This document shows positions 27,251 to 42,364 of a stretch of DNA of 64,000 nt, in pieces. Both the position numbers and the translations under genes were made by a program. The notes below the pieces were generated by a model. The model did no database searches. It saw only the letters and a program-made list of their open reading frames with translations, and was not told the DNA's origin. The stretch is taken from the NCBI GenBank assembly GCA_951406725.2, contig OX597817.1, positions 134,974,001 to 135,038,000 on the forward strand. Reading direction: 5' to 3'. The stretch is from Octopus vulgaris (taxonomy: Eukaryota). How positions within the stretch are numbered: the first letter of the stretch is position 1; each line of letters opens with the position of its first letter.

Positions 27251-28379
27251 TGTAGCTTAGGAGTTAGGGGTGTTGGCTCCGAGATCGTTTCTTTCGTCTC
27301 GTGATCCATTCTTGACAGAACACAAAAGCTATTTGGTTCACCGTTATTTTGTTTTTTTTGTTTTACTCATTGAACTGCGGCCATGCTGAGGCACAGCCTT
27401 GAAGAGTTCGTCAGACAAACGGACCCCAGTACTTATTTTCTAAAGTTCATGCTTATTCTATCGGACGCCTTTACAGAACTGGGGATATAAACAACGAACC
27501 TCGATTGACAACCAAAAAAGACAAAAGAACGCCCTCTTCACAAACATAAGAAAATGAAGATGATTTGAAATTATTGTTTTACAAAACGACTTCCCAACAC
27601 CCTATTCAATACATTTTAGTTTATCACACTTTTCGATATATAATTCATATATCAGCCTTAAAATAAGTAATATGATATGAATTTATGATTCATGAAACCA
27701 CAACAAGCTATCAACTCTTTATTCGTTTTACTATTGTCACTGTTCTCTCTGCTGTATTTAATCAACCAGCTTAGAACAAAATGAAAGTTGACATGAACTA
27801 GAAGCAATAGAAACTGTCTGGCTATTCACTAACTCCTCTGTTTTACAACAATGGAAGAATATAGAAGGAGTAAATCTCAAGGTATTTTCTGAAATCTAAA
27901 GGAATCGATAATTCATTTATAACAAAAACACATTTAACTAAAATGGTGTTAGAAACAGAGTTCCTGTCTAAACCATTCCGACTAATATTTCATTTTAATC
28001 TTCAATACTTTAACAATGCCTTACAGTGTCCTCTTTAAAAGTACCACGTCTTCTTTCTGAATTTAGACTCATGAGATAACGCCACACAATATAAAGAATT
28101 CTGCTCCGTTGCATCTTCTAAGTAATGAAGAAAGAAAAAGTATTGAGATTTTTAGAGTCGATGTCGTGACATTCATGCGTTTCCGTTAGGTGCTTTTAGA
28201 ATGATTCTCCGCCGAATCTTTAGAATGTATGTTATGATGTTTAACTGGGCGATATTGAACAGTAATCACTTCGATTTAGTAAAAACTTCGATCATCAACA
28301 TGCAATCACTTTGATTATTTCCAATCACAGAAGAAATCGAAAAGATGAAAGGTGAAACTGATCTTTATCTTAATCTTTA

Positions 28380-29015
<636 letters not shown>

Positions 29016-29204
29016 TTCTTGCCCCACATCTCCTCGCCGTCGCCTCCTGATCAGACATCTGGACTGAAACGTTCTCGTTCCAGAAAGACGCTGCTAGAAA
29101 GTCTTTTTGTCGAATTCAACAATATTAATTCCTGAATGTAGCCGAAAGCAGGGAAATGGCGTTGTATGAGCCAAGGAGGAAGATGTTCACTAGATATAGT
29201 TCTA

Positions 29205-29600
29205 CACGTGTGGTTTTTGGGTAAGTAGCTTGCTTACCAGCCACGTGGTTCCGAGTTCAATCCCACTGCGTGGCACCTTGGGCAAGTGTCTTCTATATCT
29301 TCGGGCCGACCAAAGCCTTGTGAGTGGATTTCGTAGACGGAAACTGAAAGAAGCCCTTCGTATATATATATATGTATGTGTGTGTGTGTGTGTGTTTGTC
29401 ATCCCACCGTCGCATGACAACCGATGCTGGTGTGTTTACGTACCCGTAATTTAGCGGATTGGCAAAAGAGACCGATAGAAGAAGTACTAGGGTTACAAAG
29501 GAATAAGTCCTGGAGTAGATTTGCTCGACTAAAGGCGGTGCTCCAGCAAGGCCGCAGTCAAATGACTGAAACAAGTAAAAGAGTATAAGAGAATAAAAGA
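29205..29600 (+). mobile_element. SINE family A, full length
   Basis: tRNA-like head (B-box-like gagttcaatccc), CORE-like ccttgggcaagtg, internal (TA)(TG)n, tail ending gactgaaacaagtaaaagag. Confidence 0.9.
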
Positions 29601-29681
29601 GAGTAACTATTCTAGAGAAATTTAAGTCGGAAAAGAGATTCACTGGGATAAAAATAGCGATCTTATAGATATTTGTCTTTA

Positions 29682-30845
29682 CGAGGGTCGGCTGAACAGA
29701 TTATAAGCTGACCAAGATATTCTCATGGAACGTGACCCAATGAGGTTTATTTTTCAACATAGACCCCCTTGTGGCCCACAAACTTCTTACACCGGTTTTG
29801 CAGTATCTGGATCCCATTGGTGAAGTTTTCATCCTGTTGGTAAAAAAAAATTATCAACATCAGATATGACGTCATCATCACTGCGATATTCGTTCTCAGC
29901 TAAATGTGTTGTTTTTTTATGTTAGGGTACAGGTGATACTCAGATGGGACCAACATCCTTTTCGGCTGTTTTCCAGGGTGTTTGGTGCTGATAGCCTTTC
30001 GTAACAGCCTCTGCAATTTGACATAGTACTCTCCATTGATGGTGTAGCCCTTTCGAAAATAGTAAACAAACAATGACTTTTGCATCCCAAAATCCTGAGG
30101 CCATCACCTTCTCTGCAGATGAAATGACCACCCTGGCCTTCTTTGGAACTGGTGGGGAGAAGCGTTTCCACTTTCTGGATTGTCTCGTTGTTTCTGGGTC
30201 AAAGGGATGAAGCTAACATTCATCCTAGGTTGGAAAACGTTCAAGGAAACCAGCTGGATCTGCCTCATACATTGATTTTTCTGTTATATAATCCGTTTGG
30301 TGCCCTTTTGATTAGGTGACAAAAGACATGATACCCATGTCGGGCCAAGTTCATTCTACTGAATATTTTCAACACACGCACGGGTTATGCGAATAGCATT
30401 GACTATTTAATTTATAGTAAATCGTCCCTCATCCATTAGCATGTGGTGAACACGATCAATGTTTTCCTCGGTGGTAGCAACTGCAGTACGTCCCGACCTT
30501 AGGTCATCTCCAAGACACTTTTTTCCTTCCTAAATTCATCTGCCTGATTTTGCTCCGTTGATTAAGCCGGTGTGTCATCCCCGGATGTAGTAACCATGAC
30601 AGCGTGAATGTCCTTGGGAGCTAAACCCCTCTTCTGCACGTACTTGATAATACCACGATGCCAAAACTTCAAAAGATGTCGCTACTAGTTGCATTTGAAG
30701 TCTTCGTTGAACGGTCAGATGTCTGTTTAGCTGGAAAGAAGCAATTCAGTTATTAATAAGAAGATTTGAAATTAATGCGTGCAAGATTTCATATCTCTAG
30801 CATCACTCCTTCATAGTCAGCCTCTGAACTTTTCAGCCACCCTAG
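29682..30845 (-). mobile_element. Mariner transposon, degenerate, both TIRs present
   Basis: TA|cgagggtcggctgaacagatt..ctgac and gtcagcctctgaacttttcagccaccctag|TA. Transposase: SAEKVMASGFWDAKVI; YFRKGYTINGEYY. Confidence 0.85.
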
Positions 30846-32015
30846 TATTGTTCTGAAATGTTGGAAATGTGGCTATTAAGGGTTCGGATGGTTGCTTGTC
30901 TTTGAGATATATCGTTTGTGAAAACTGGAGCCCGCTGAGGTCTCAGATGATAGAAAAATATTTGATACCCCAAAATGATGAGAGTTGTTTCAACTGCCAG
31001 GTCTTGTATAGATGTATTAGTGAGGCTAGGGCGAAAGATGTGGCCAAGAAGGAGAGTTCGTGAGAAGTTTTGTTGAGTGTCCGCGTATCTATGTGTGTAT
31101 GTATTTTTGTAGGTCTAAGAGTGTGTCTGAGTGTGTTTTTCTGTGTGTGTGTCTGTCTGTCTGTCTTTCTGTCTGTCTGCTTGTCCGTCTGTCTGTCTGT
31201 TTTTGGGCGTCCATGCGTACGTTTGTATGAACATTTGTCTGTTTATAAGAGAATCGGAAACAAAATAGGCAAGAAAAGTGTTAGTTTTATCAGAAAGAAT
31301 AACACATTTAAAACCATCTTCACGGAATAGTGATGATTTGGAACTTGTCACAATTTCATAAACTTAACAGCGTTCCTTTTGGCGAGAAATCACAATCTCT
31401 GATTGTAAATTAGAAGCCGAGAGAGCATCTGGCACGTTATGCACAAAGACATATTTTCTGGTAATTTCAATGATTTAATTCTACTTTATTGGTTTATTTC
31501 CTAAAGGCCTTTTACGTTTGCTTTCTTCCAATGTATATCTTCGTATATTTACATGTCAGGCACTTAATAGTTCTAATCTTTGCCCTTTCTTTTACTTGTC
31601 TCAGTCATTAGACTGCGACCATGTTGGGGCACGGCATTGAAGAGTTGTACTCAAATAACTACTACAATCCACCGTACGTTCCGTAGGTAGGAAATGACTA
31701 TACGATTGACTGGCACAGTCCGGAACCTCCCTAAGGATGGTCTTCACTAAAAAAGGGACCAAGACAAAACAACGCCAAGTGTATAATTCTCGACAAAGAA
31801 ACTATATGCCTGCGGCACTACAGGGTGTAATGAAATGAATGCTACATCAGAAGTACCATCAATGAAGTACACAAATAGCTTAAAGAATACCTGTATACAT
31901 ATGTATGTGTGTGTGTGTATGCGTGTATATATGTATATATATATATGTATGCATATATATACATATATATATATATACATAGATATATTCATATATATGT
32001 ACATATATATGTATG

Positions 32016-32047
<32 letters not shown>

Positions 32048-32077
32048 TATACATATATATATATATATGTATATATG

Positions 32078-32109
<32 letters not shown>

Positions 32110-32232
32110 TGTATGTACGTATGTATGCATGTATGTATGTATGGGGAGAATTCACAAACAAGCAAAAGACGAAGACAGGTGGTATAGACAACAAACAGAT
32201 GTATTAGTTTAACGCTCGGGAAGTGAAAAAGT

Positions 32233-32268
32233 CTTTAACGTTTCGAGCCTACGCTCTTCCTCAGAAAG
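32233..32268 (-). ncRNA. Minimal type-I hammerhead motif (36 nt)
   Basis: cttt-CTGAGGA-a-gagc gtag gctc-GAAA-cg-TT-aaag, within a short cassette (~32143-32310) after (TATG)n. Confidence 0.7.
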
Positions 32269-32367
32269 GAACACAGAAAGAAACAAGGAGAGAAAATAAA
32301 AAGTGACAATAAAGGGAGGAAATAAAGATAGAAAAACACACCTTACCCTACGTTGTTAATTGGTTGC

Positions 32368-33418
32368 AGAGGACACGACTTAACTCGAAAAATCACTTAA
32401 GTCGAAATAACCATTATATAAATGTATATACATGTAAAAATTAAAACCTAGGCTAGCCTAGGTTGTTTTTATGTTCGCCTATAAATTCAGTAAATTGTTA
32501 GACAAGCCTAGGCTGCTTTGATTTTAGAAAGAAATAATTTCAAATGCTGTACCTGATGGCTGATGTTGGTGTTATTCGTTGAGGCTGGTGGAGGAAGAGG
32601 AGGAGTTTATACACTAGATGTCGATGGTTAGGTATCATCAGCTGACTCCTGGTGTAATTGTGTAGATCATAGGTTCTCAAAGTGGGCGCTACCACCCTCC
32701 GGTGGGCGTTGGCAGGGTCAAGGTGGGTGCTGGTGTCTAAGGGGACGGTGGAGAAAAAAGAGGCATTGGGAGAAAGCCAGTGGTTTGGGAGACGTTATAA
32801 ATTTATAATATGATAGTATTGTATACAAATTATATAGTATATTAAATATCAAATGATTCATTGTATATATAAATTAGTAAAATATAAAGAAAAAAATATT
32901 TATACATAAAGATAGGGTGGTGCGCTGAGAGTAGATCGTTGCGCAAACTTGTCTAAAGACCCTTGAATTGTCTTTTTCTTCACCTCTTCAAGGATTAGGT
33001 AATAAGGTGCAACGGTTTCTTGACAATCCCTCAATATTTTTACAAACCGTTGTACATTGGGATCCATTTACTCGAATAAAGACATTTATCTAAACGAGGA
33101 AAAGCCTCTTGCATTTTCTTCAACGTAAAACGACGCGGCTCGGGATTATTGATGCATTCTGCATTTTAACTGTAATTCTAATCTGTTATGCAGATTATAT
33201 GGTTCTATGGCTTTCTTTCTATTTATTTCCCGGAGACGAATACGAACGGAACCAATCGATACAACCCGGAACTAACAATACAGTATAGTCTGAACGTTAT
33301 TGCCGTTTGGCCAGGTGACGTAAATTAATACTGTATTTATTATTTAATATTTTAGAAAAAAACCGACGTTTCTTCAGAAATGACGTAAATCGAAACGACT
33401 TGACCAGAGGTATATGTG
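32368..33418 (-). mobile_element. Tigger/pogo-like remnant with a probable hAT-like insertion (~32668-32930)
   Basis: Minus strand DPNVQRFVKILRDCQETVAPYYLILEEVKKKTIQGSLDKF resembles the Tigger C-terminus. cgactta/taagtcgaaa subterminal motifs; the insert begins cataggttctcaaagtgg. Confidence 0.55.
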
Positions 33419-33911
33419 TATATATATCGGTGATCGGCTTATTGAAGTGAATGTATATACTTCTTTAAATAGATCATTGTAACTTTCATTTGCAATGTGT
33501 TCGATGATTAAGTCAGTTCTTTTGATTTTCACCCAAGTGTTTACAATGACAGTTTTATGCACCAAATCTTAGCGCACACTTTCTGGTTATGTCAGCATCT
33601 CAACACTATTTTGGTCTTCATGTGGAATATTTATAACGCCCTAAAGTAGTTAAAAATCTGGCTTATGAGAGTCTTGGTAGGGTAGCTGTGAAATTCAATC
33701 AAGAAATCAAATTAGATCGATGGCTGCTCAAAATATTTTTATGATACTTTGTTGTGGTAACTCAAACAAAAACACGCCATTTTATTTCAGGTTGTAACTC
33801 AATCACAAATTTTATTTATTACTTGGTGTTATGGCCATAAGCATAAATAGAGAAATATCGTGTGTATACTGTGTAGGTTGCAAGTCAATATGTCTGACAA
33901 TACATATCTGC

Positions 33912-34006
<95 letters not shown>

Positions 34007-34037
34007 GAGATAGAGAGATAGATATACAAGTATACAC

Positions 34038-34072
<35 letters not shown>

Positions 34073-34086
34073 CATACATACATACA

Positions 34087-34117
<31 letters not shown>

Positions 34118-34194
34118 TCCATACACACATAGATACGTACCTATATATGTGTGTGTTGATACATATATTTATGCCTGCGTATACGCGAGCATTC

Positions 34195-34249
<55 letters not shown>

Positions 34250-34267
34250 AAGAGAGAGAAGGAGAGA

Positions 34268-35321
34268 GAAATTGTGGTCTAAGTTACACAAAAAGGAAAA
34301 TAACACTGACATCTCACTTTAACAGATATATTTGCCAAAATTACATCAAAATATCTTGAAATGTTCAATAAATTCGCCATTAGCTTCAACCACAGCCTTG
34401 AGCCGACTTCGGAATCTCCTACAGCTCTGCTGGAAGGTCTCCTTGTTTAAGTTGGTGAATGTTACCTTAATCTTTGGCTTCTGCTCATCTTTGATGTTAC
34501 GAGGAATTTTGTTGGTCTCTCGCTTAACTGCGCCTCACACATAATACTGAATGGGGTTGCAGTCTGGGGAATTAGGTGGCCAGAAGTTAGGGGTGATTTG
34601 GTGGCAGAAATTGTCTGACAGTCATGACTGGGTTCTCCTGCATGTATGGCATGGTGCAGAATCTTGTTGCCAGACATAGCGTCTTCCAGCAGCCACCTTC
34701 TTGACCCGGGACAGCAGTACCTCCTCCAGACACTTGGTGTAGGCCTCCGTGTTGAGTCTGAGGCCATGTGGGAAGATGAACAGAGGCATACCGTCGCCAT
34801 TACTAGAAATCACTCCAAACACTATGATGTTGACTCGCTATTTGATTTTTATTGCTTTCGGTACGTTTGGGAGATGAGAAAAACCAAAGCATGTTCGATT
34901 GAAGGGGGTGCTTGGACCTGATTAACTTGGCGGGATCGTTGTCAACCATTGTCTGGGTCTCACCAACATAGTGAAGAGTTGCTTTTCTTATCAGAACGAT
35001 CAGAGTGAGTTTTCCAAGTGGCCGTACCTTCGTAATCACTATTAGACTCACTTAACCCTTTCCGAATCCTCTGCACTGTCCTCAGATTCACTCTCAAAAT
35101 CTGTGAAGTGTCCGTATTGGATCTTCCGGCGCGAAATACCAAGCAGTACTACGTGTCGTTTCCAAATTTTTGGTTGAGTGAATTGCAACATAGTGGTGTT
35201 TTCTCACAGACGGTGCCCAACTGATCCTACTTTACTGTGCAGTCGACAAAATCGAAAACAAACAATGGGCATGTGTGAACAATAAGATTTAGAATGGCAA
35301 CAATTTACTCATCACACCCTG
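34268..35321 (-). mobile_element. Tc1/mariner maT-like (DD37D spacing) transposon remnant
   Basis: FGVISSNG..WQQDSAPCH..FWPPNSPDCNPIQYYV, with 37 residues between the second D and the mutated third position. End aatttactcatcacaccctg|TA. Confidence 0.8.
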
Positions 35322-35531
35322 TATATGTAAATATATATATATATATATATATAGCAAATAACTAACAAGGATGTTCAGGCATCACTTCATTACGGCCGTT
35401 TCAAACGGCTCCATTTAATCGATCAATGAAAACATTACATCATTGTGATATAAAACGCTCTTCTCGGACGCACACAACCATATAAATTTCCAACACACAC
35501 ACATACATACACACACACATATATATACACA

Positions 35532-35597
<66 letters not shown>

Positions 35598-35674
35598 CAT
35601 AGGATAGAATTTTCGAAAAATTTTTATCAATGGCCAGTATATTAAAAAATACCTTTAAAAGTTAAATTTATAAA

Positions 35675-35837
35675 CAACTTATAAACAAGGGCAAAAGAAA
35701 AATATTCCAATACTAAATATGCCGAAAATATACTTAAATCGTCAATAAGTGATGAATTATATAGTTATTGACGATTTAAGTCTATTTTCGGCATATTTGG
35801 CATTGGAATCTTTTCTTTTGCCCTTGTTTATAAGTTG
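35675..35837. repeat. ~74-bp-arm inverted repeat between (TA)n tracts
   Basis: caacttataaacaagggcaaaagaaaa..tcgtcaataa / ttattgacga..cttttgcccttgtttataagttg. Confidence 0.85.
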
Positions 35838-35875
35838 CATATATATATATATATATCCGTATTCATTGGATTCCT

Positions 35876-36492
35876 GCTAAAATTTGAAGGTATGAAAAAA
35901 GCGGTGGTCGCATGTACCTAGAGCCTCTATTTATTTAGTAATAGTGAAAAGTTGTGTTTTAATATGTGGAATGCCTCTTTTAGGCATAACTTACAAGCTG
36001 AGCGCTGGCCCTGGTATGGAAGTCCTCAATCTATCTCCCAAGTATGCATGCAGGTAGCCGATAGCTTTATTGATAAATAGATACATACATACGTACATAT
36101 GTACATACATACATATATGCACACGTACATACGTGTATAAATACATGTATACAAATGTAGCTGCCCTAGTATGTATGATATATGTTTTCGTAATGGTCTA
36201 AGGCATAGGTTTTGATATTGGAGTTACATATATGTTGGGCGCTCGTGTATTCAGAGTTGTTACAGTGTAAGTTTTGATAATATAGAGAAAGTTTTTATCT
36301 CAGAAACAGAAATATTTTTTCATGGTCCATAATAGATTGAGGGCTTCCATACCAGGGTCGATGCTCAGCCTGTAAGTTATGCCTAAAAGAAGCATTCCAC
36401 ATATTAAAACACAACTCTTCAATATTACTAAATAAATAGGAGGCCCTAGGTACATGCGACCACTGCTTTTTTTCATACTTTCAAATTTTAGC
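35876..36492. repeat. ~160-bp inverted repeat pair
   Basis: 35876-36034 is a diverged reverse complement of 36332-36492. Confidence 0.85.
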
Positions 36493-37820
36493 ACAAATCT
36501 AAATGCAACCTAAATCACTACACAGTGAATACCCCGAACACCCCTTAGGGGATCTCCAGCAACCCTATTTGACATTTCATTGTCTCCTGTTTTAAATTTT
36601 TTAACTCGCCAATCTTATTTCGTGTATAATAATACATATATGGACATGTATACATGTATGCGTGTATGTGTGTGGATATATATATATATGTATGTATGTG
36701 TATGTGTGTATATGTACGCATGTGTATGTGTGTATGCATATATCTATGGGTGTGTTGTGTGTGTGTGCATATATATGTATGTGCATATATGCATATGGAT
36801 TTAAGTACATAAGTATGCGGGCGTATATAATAGTGCTTATACACACGTATATGTATGTGTGTGTGCAATTCCGCGTATCAATATAGACTTCTTTCTTTCT
36901 TTCTCTTTCTCTAATTACTCAGCCCCCATTATCTCATTAGTCAGTACAATAAACACCGTCCATTTTTAGAAACTTGACCATTATATCTTATTATTCTTTC
37001 CTTCCTTTTTGAAGTTCACTACTCATGTTAGTAAACCTTACCTCTGTACCCCTTCCTCCACCTTAGTGCTTTCAAACATATCACCCCCACCTTCCACTTC
37101 TCACACATATTCATTCCTTACATTTTCATCTCTTCCGATCCCTCCCCTACGCTTCTCCCATCCCCCTCATAATATCTTGATCACCGATTAACACACTTTT
37201 TCATTTTCTCTTCTTTCTTTCTTATTCCCTCACCTATTCCTCTTGACCATTCTCCTCATTTTAGCATACACATCTCTCTTTATTGTCGCGTGTGCGTTTA
37301 GGTAGCAGATGTCTAAATACATAGGTGTTGTATGTATGTATGTATGTATGTATGTATGTATGTATGTATGTATGTATGTATGTATGTATGTATGAATGTA
37401 TGTATGTACGTATTATGGACGTCTGTATGTCCGTCCGTTTGTGTGTCTGTATGCATATATGTATATACATATATACATAAGATGTGAACATCAGTTAAAA
37501 GGCAATAAAATGTAACGATTTTCAATGGTGGAAAGTAAATTCTGAACGTTTGCTATTTAGGATGCCATGATTTGGTGCTGAGCAATCAAAAGGTCTCCGT
37601 AAATGAGATCATTCTTGAGGCTGTTGAGAAACCTGCCAACGCCTATCAACGAAGGAGGCTATCGCTTTATCTAATTAGTTCTTGTTAACTATTCGGAAAC
37701 GAAATCTTAAAACGTTGCAGAAAATAACTTATTACGTTTATCTAGAGTATATTTTTTTCTTCATCCTTGCGGTCATATATTCTCCAATAATTATAATGTT
37801 AAAGTTATTCTGCTTATGAC

Positions 37821-37924
<104 letters not shown>

Positions 37925-38109
37925 CATACATACATACATACATACATACATACATACATACACACACCTATATATACACACAGAGTGGGCCAAAAGTAAG
38001 GCACAAAATATGTTCTATACGCTTCTGAATTGTTGAAGACATTTTTTTTAATTAGATACAATAAATATAATAATTAATACACACAAACTTACTCATGATG
38101 AGCAAAATA

Positions 38110-38177
<68 letters not shown>

Positions 38178-38460
38178 GACTGAGACTGATCCTTAAGTCG
38201 AAATAAAACGGTTTCACTCCTTAGATATGATGCAAGGGTGATCACATAGACAGTAGACGAAATAAACAGTTTAGACAGAAAGACAAAAAAGTTACTAACT
38301 AGATATGGGTCACTCCACTCAAAAAGTGACGCAGGCAGACTGTATGTACCAAGAAAAAGAGGGGGAAGAGGACTTATTCGATGCGAACATAGCATTAGAG
38401 CAGAAGAAAACAACATAACATGGTACGTAAAGAATGCTAGAGAACCGCTATTGGAGACTA
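38178..38460 (+). mobile_element. R4/Dong-type LINE fragment after (TAA)n
   Basis: RYGSLHSKSDAGRLYVPRKRGGRGLIRCEHSIRAEENNITWYVKNAREPLL. Confidence 0.85.
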
Positions 38461-38815
38461 TGCTATTTTCTATTAAAAATGTTATCCCAACGGGAACTAT
38501 ACAAAGCCAAAATTAACTTGAATGCACCACAAGATAACGATGGCTTAGTTGGCCGAAACTTCGAAGTTACAGTCAATAGTATTTAATATTTTGTAAAAGA
38601 ATAATACGTGTGCGTTTGTGTGCGTGTGTATGTGTGTGTATGTGTGCGTGAGAGAGACAGAGAGTATGTATGTATGTATGTATGTATATAAATAGAGAGA
38701 GAAAGATAGATAGACAGACAGATAGGCAGACAGACAGACAGACAGACAGACAGGTAGGTAGGCAGGCAGGCAGACAGACAGACAGACAGACAGATAGACA
38801 GACAGACATACAGAC

Positions 38816-38897
<82 letters not shown>

Positions 38898-38899
<2 letters not shown>

Positions 38900-39235
38900 G
38901 TGTCTCTTTATTGGTCACACAGGGCTGAACACAAAGGGGACAAAATACAAAGTAAAGCTTTTCTTTTGGGGGAGGCAAGAAAATAAAGTGGGGGTAGATA
39001 ACTTTCTTTATTGGCCAGACAGGGCTGAATACAGAGGGGACAAATACAAATGTAGAGATTTTCTTTTCGAAGATGGAAAAAGAAAATGGAAAAAAAAGGA
39101 AACAAATGTAAAATTCCGATCAAAAGGGATCGTGTATCACAGAAACAAGATTAGCTTCATCCGTGGAAAGAAACGCCAACAGAAAAGACCACAGTAACCA
39201 CAGGCAAGGAGGAAATAAACACATGAGAGCAAAGT

Positions 39236-39273
<38 letters not shown>

Positions 39274-39840
39274 GATTTACAGGATCATGCTCAAAGTGGT
39301 TTCGTCACACGCACACACCATCTTTGCTACATTCACCCACCTTTTTTTGAAACTTTCACGGGACAAAACCTGCCTCTCCATTCTCACCTTCCTTTTCAAG
39401 TGGTACTTGAAACAATTGATGAGCGATTGGCCAGAGAGGTAAGTGTTTGTCTCTAATCCTTTCGTTCGGGTCCACCACATACATTCTTTCACCATGGCCA
39501 CCAGTACGATGAAAACTGATTGTCCATAGGTCCCGGCCCGAAAGTTGTCCTGAACAGGCGGGTCATGTGTTCCTCGTCGACGCCCACATTCCGCCTGAGA
39601 ACGTCGTCGCACCTCCCCTCCAATAATCCTCTATAGAACGCCTTTGTTGTAATGAAGTCGAACAAGTTTAGTCCCGGACAGCAGAGTTGCCTGGAAGCAA
39701 CACGACACTCGCGGTGCCATTCGCCTAGCCTCGGTCTCTGTTTGATCCACGACTGCAGTTCGGCCAAGGAGACGAGCTGCGGGAAAGCGCGTCGCACAAA
39801 AGGCGACCACACCTGTTCACTGTCGTCTATGAAGCGCCGG
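38898..39840 (-). mobile_element. L1/Tx1-like LINE 3' end within (GATA)n
   Basis: WSPFVRRAFPQL..TKAFYRGLL; VKECMWWTR..LKRKVRMERQVLSRESFKKRW. AATAAA lies just before (TCTA)n, and GATA arrays are on both sides. Confidence 0.7.
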
Positions 39841-39953
<113 letters not shown>

Positions 39954-40239
39954 TACTGCAATGGTTTAGGAAGAAATAATAATATAATCAATGCCGATGA
40001 TGACTGCTAAATTACTTAGAAATTCCTATTATATCACCAACAAGTGTTCCCGAAATTTATTTCCAATAAGAAACAAAATAAATAAATGAGAAAACCAGAA
40101 TCTATTAGTCGCCATCTCCTTTCTAGTCAAACAAACAAACAACAAAAGAAGATGGACGAAATGTAATAACATCGGTGAAATATATTGTCCCCATAATATA
40201 ACACCATATAAATTCCATTCTCGAATTGTAAGTTAAAAA

Positions 40240-40290
<51 letters not shown>

Positions 40291-40422
40291 CAAACGTAGA
40301 CACATACAAACACATGCATACGTAAACACACACATACACACACAAAATACACTTTCACATGCATAGAGTCACAGACAAATTGTGTACACAGCTATAATCA
40401 CGTAAACATACTTTAAGCACAG

Positions 40423-40500
<78 letters not shown>

Positions 40501-40560
40501 GTGTGTTTTTGTATGCATGTATGTATGTATATATATATACGTATATACATGCATGCTTTG

Positions 40561-40609
<49 letters not shown>

Positions 40610-41940
40610 TGTATGTATGTACGTAAGTTTGCATGCATGTACTTAATGTACTTATGTATGTATTCATGTATTTTTGTATGTATGTATGTATGTATGTATT
40701 TAAGTATGTATGTATTATGTGTGTGTATGTATATATGCCTGTACGTATGTATGTATGCATCCATGTATGTATGCATGTTTGTATGTATGTACGTTCATGT
40801 GTGCATGTATGTATGTAAGTATGTAAGTATGTATGTATGTATGTATGTATGTATGTATGTATGTATGTATGTATGTACGTATGTATGTATGTATTTATGT
40901 GTGTATGTATGTATGAAGTAATTCGAAAAGCAGGGGAATACAAATCAATAATTCTGCCACGAAAAAAAAAACACAGGAGTGGAATGTAATATAATTTCCA
41001 TATATATCCAAAGAAAATGTATTCCTTGGTAGACAACGACATTTACATACATTACTCAACTCATAGACATTGAGCGTCTCAAAATCCCTGAAGGCAAAAA
41101 CATAAATCTTCACACAACAACACCATTTCACCGAAATTTAATTATACACACCCCGGCACACAGACCTCCTCTTACACATGAATTCATTTAGGTGTGTATA
41201 TGTGTACCTATATGCGTGCATCTGTGTTTGTGTGTGTGTGCATGTGTTTGAATATATTTTCATCTATGTGTCTGAGTGTGTGTGTATATCTATACATATA
41301 TGTATGTATGTATGTATCTTTATCTATCTATCTTCCTATCTCTCTGTCTCTGTGTATGTCTCTCTCTGTATATATATATATGTATATATGTATGTATGTG
41401 TGTGTACATATATATATATATATAAGAGGGAGAGAAAGAAGTATATAGGTATATGGATATTGTTATGGTCATGTGTACATGTAAGTTACTCTAAATGCCA
41501 ATGTATGTATGTATGTATGTATGTATGTATGTATGTATGTATGTATGTATGTATGTATGTATGCATGTATGTATACATTTGTGTGCGCCTGTGTCTGCGC
41601 GCTTGAGTAGGAATGCATGAGTGCGTTGAAGCCTGATCTGTATATGTGTCCATGTATATATCTGCCTATATGCATATATTATACTTATGTATATGAGGTG
41701 TGTGTGTATGTGAGTGTGTGTGTGTGTGCGTGTATGCATACATATATGCGTGAATGCATGGCATGTAATGTTATATTTTCACTTTTCAAATTTCTTCCCA
41801 CAAGAGTAAAAGAACCGTCCTCAACCCAGAAACAAGGCTCCATGATTGGAATTTAAACAATACAAAGACCAAACAATGTATTTGTCAATGTAGTTATGTA
41901 CACACACAGACACACACACATATATATATATATATACATA

Positions 41941-41988
<48 letters not shown>

Positions 41989-42009
41989 AATGATAATGAT
42001 AATGATAAT

Positions 42010-42289
42010 GATGAAAAGTCGAGAGATATGACAGATTAGCTTGGGAAGTTAAGCAGTTGTGGTGGATGAAAAAGGAGCAGTACCTGGGAACAGTGAGCAT
42101 AATTATCGAAAAGTACGTGGAACAAATAGGGGCTGCAATAATGGTGGATCGTTTGCAGAAAACAGCACTGCTTGGAACCGCTCGAACACTCCGAAATGTG
42201 CTCGAAAAATAAGGGGTGTTACTTTAGTTCACTGATAGTGAACAGCTGACACTGTAGTACCTCTCCAGCGTTAGAAGCTATGCAAATGC

Positions 42290-42290
<1 letters not shown>
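42010..42290 (+). mobile_element. RLE LINE 3' end followed by (TAA)n
   Basis: KVERYDRLAWEVKQLW..KYVEQIGAAIMVDRLQKTALLGTARTLRNVLEK*. Confidence 0.85.

Positions 42291-42364
<74 letters not shown>

Noticed and set aside
35383-35470. Hammerhead-like motif (CCGAGAA...GAAA-cggccg-TA) on the minus strand
   Set aside because: Two core substitutions break the 3-8 pair. It is probably a decayed member, so it is not counted.
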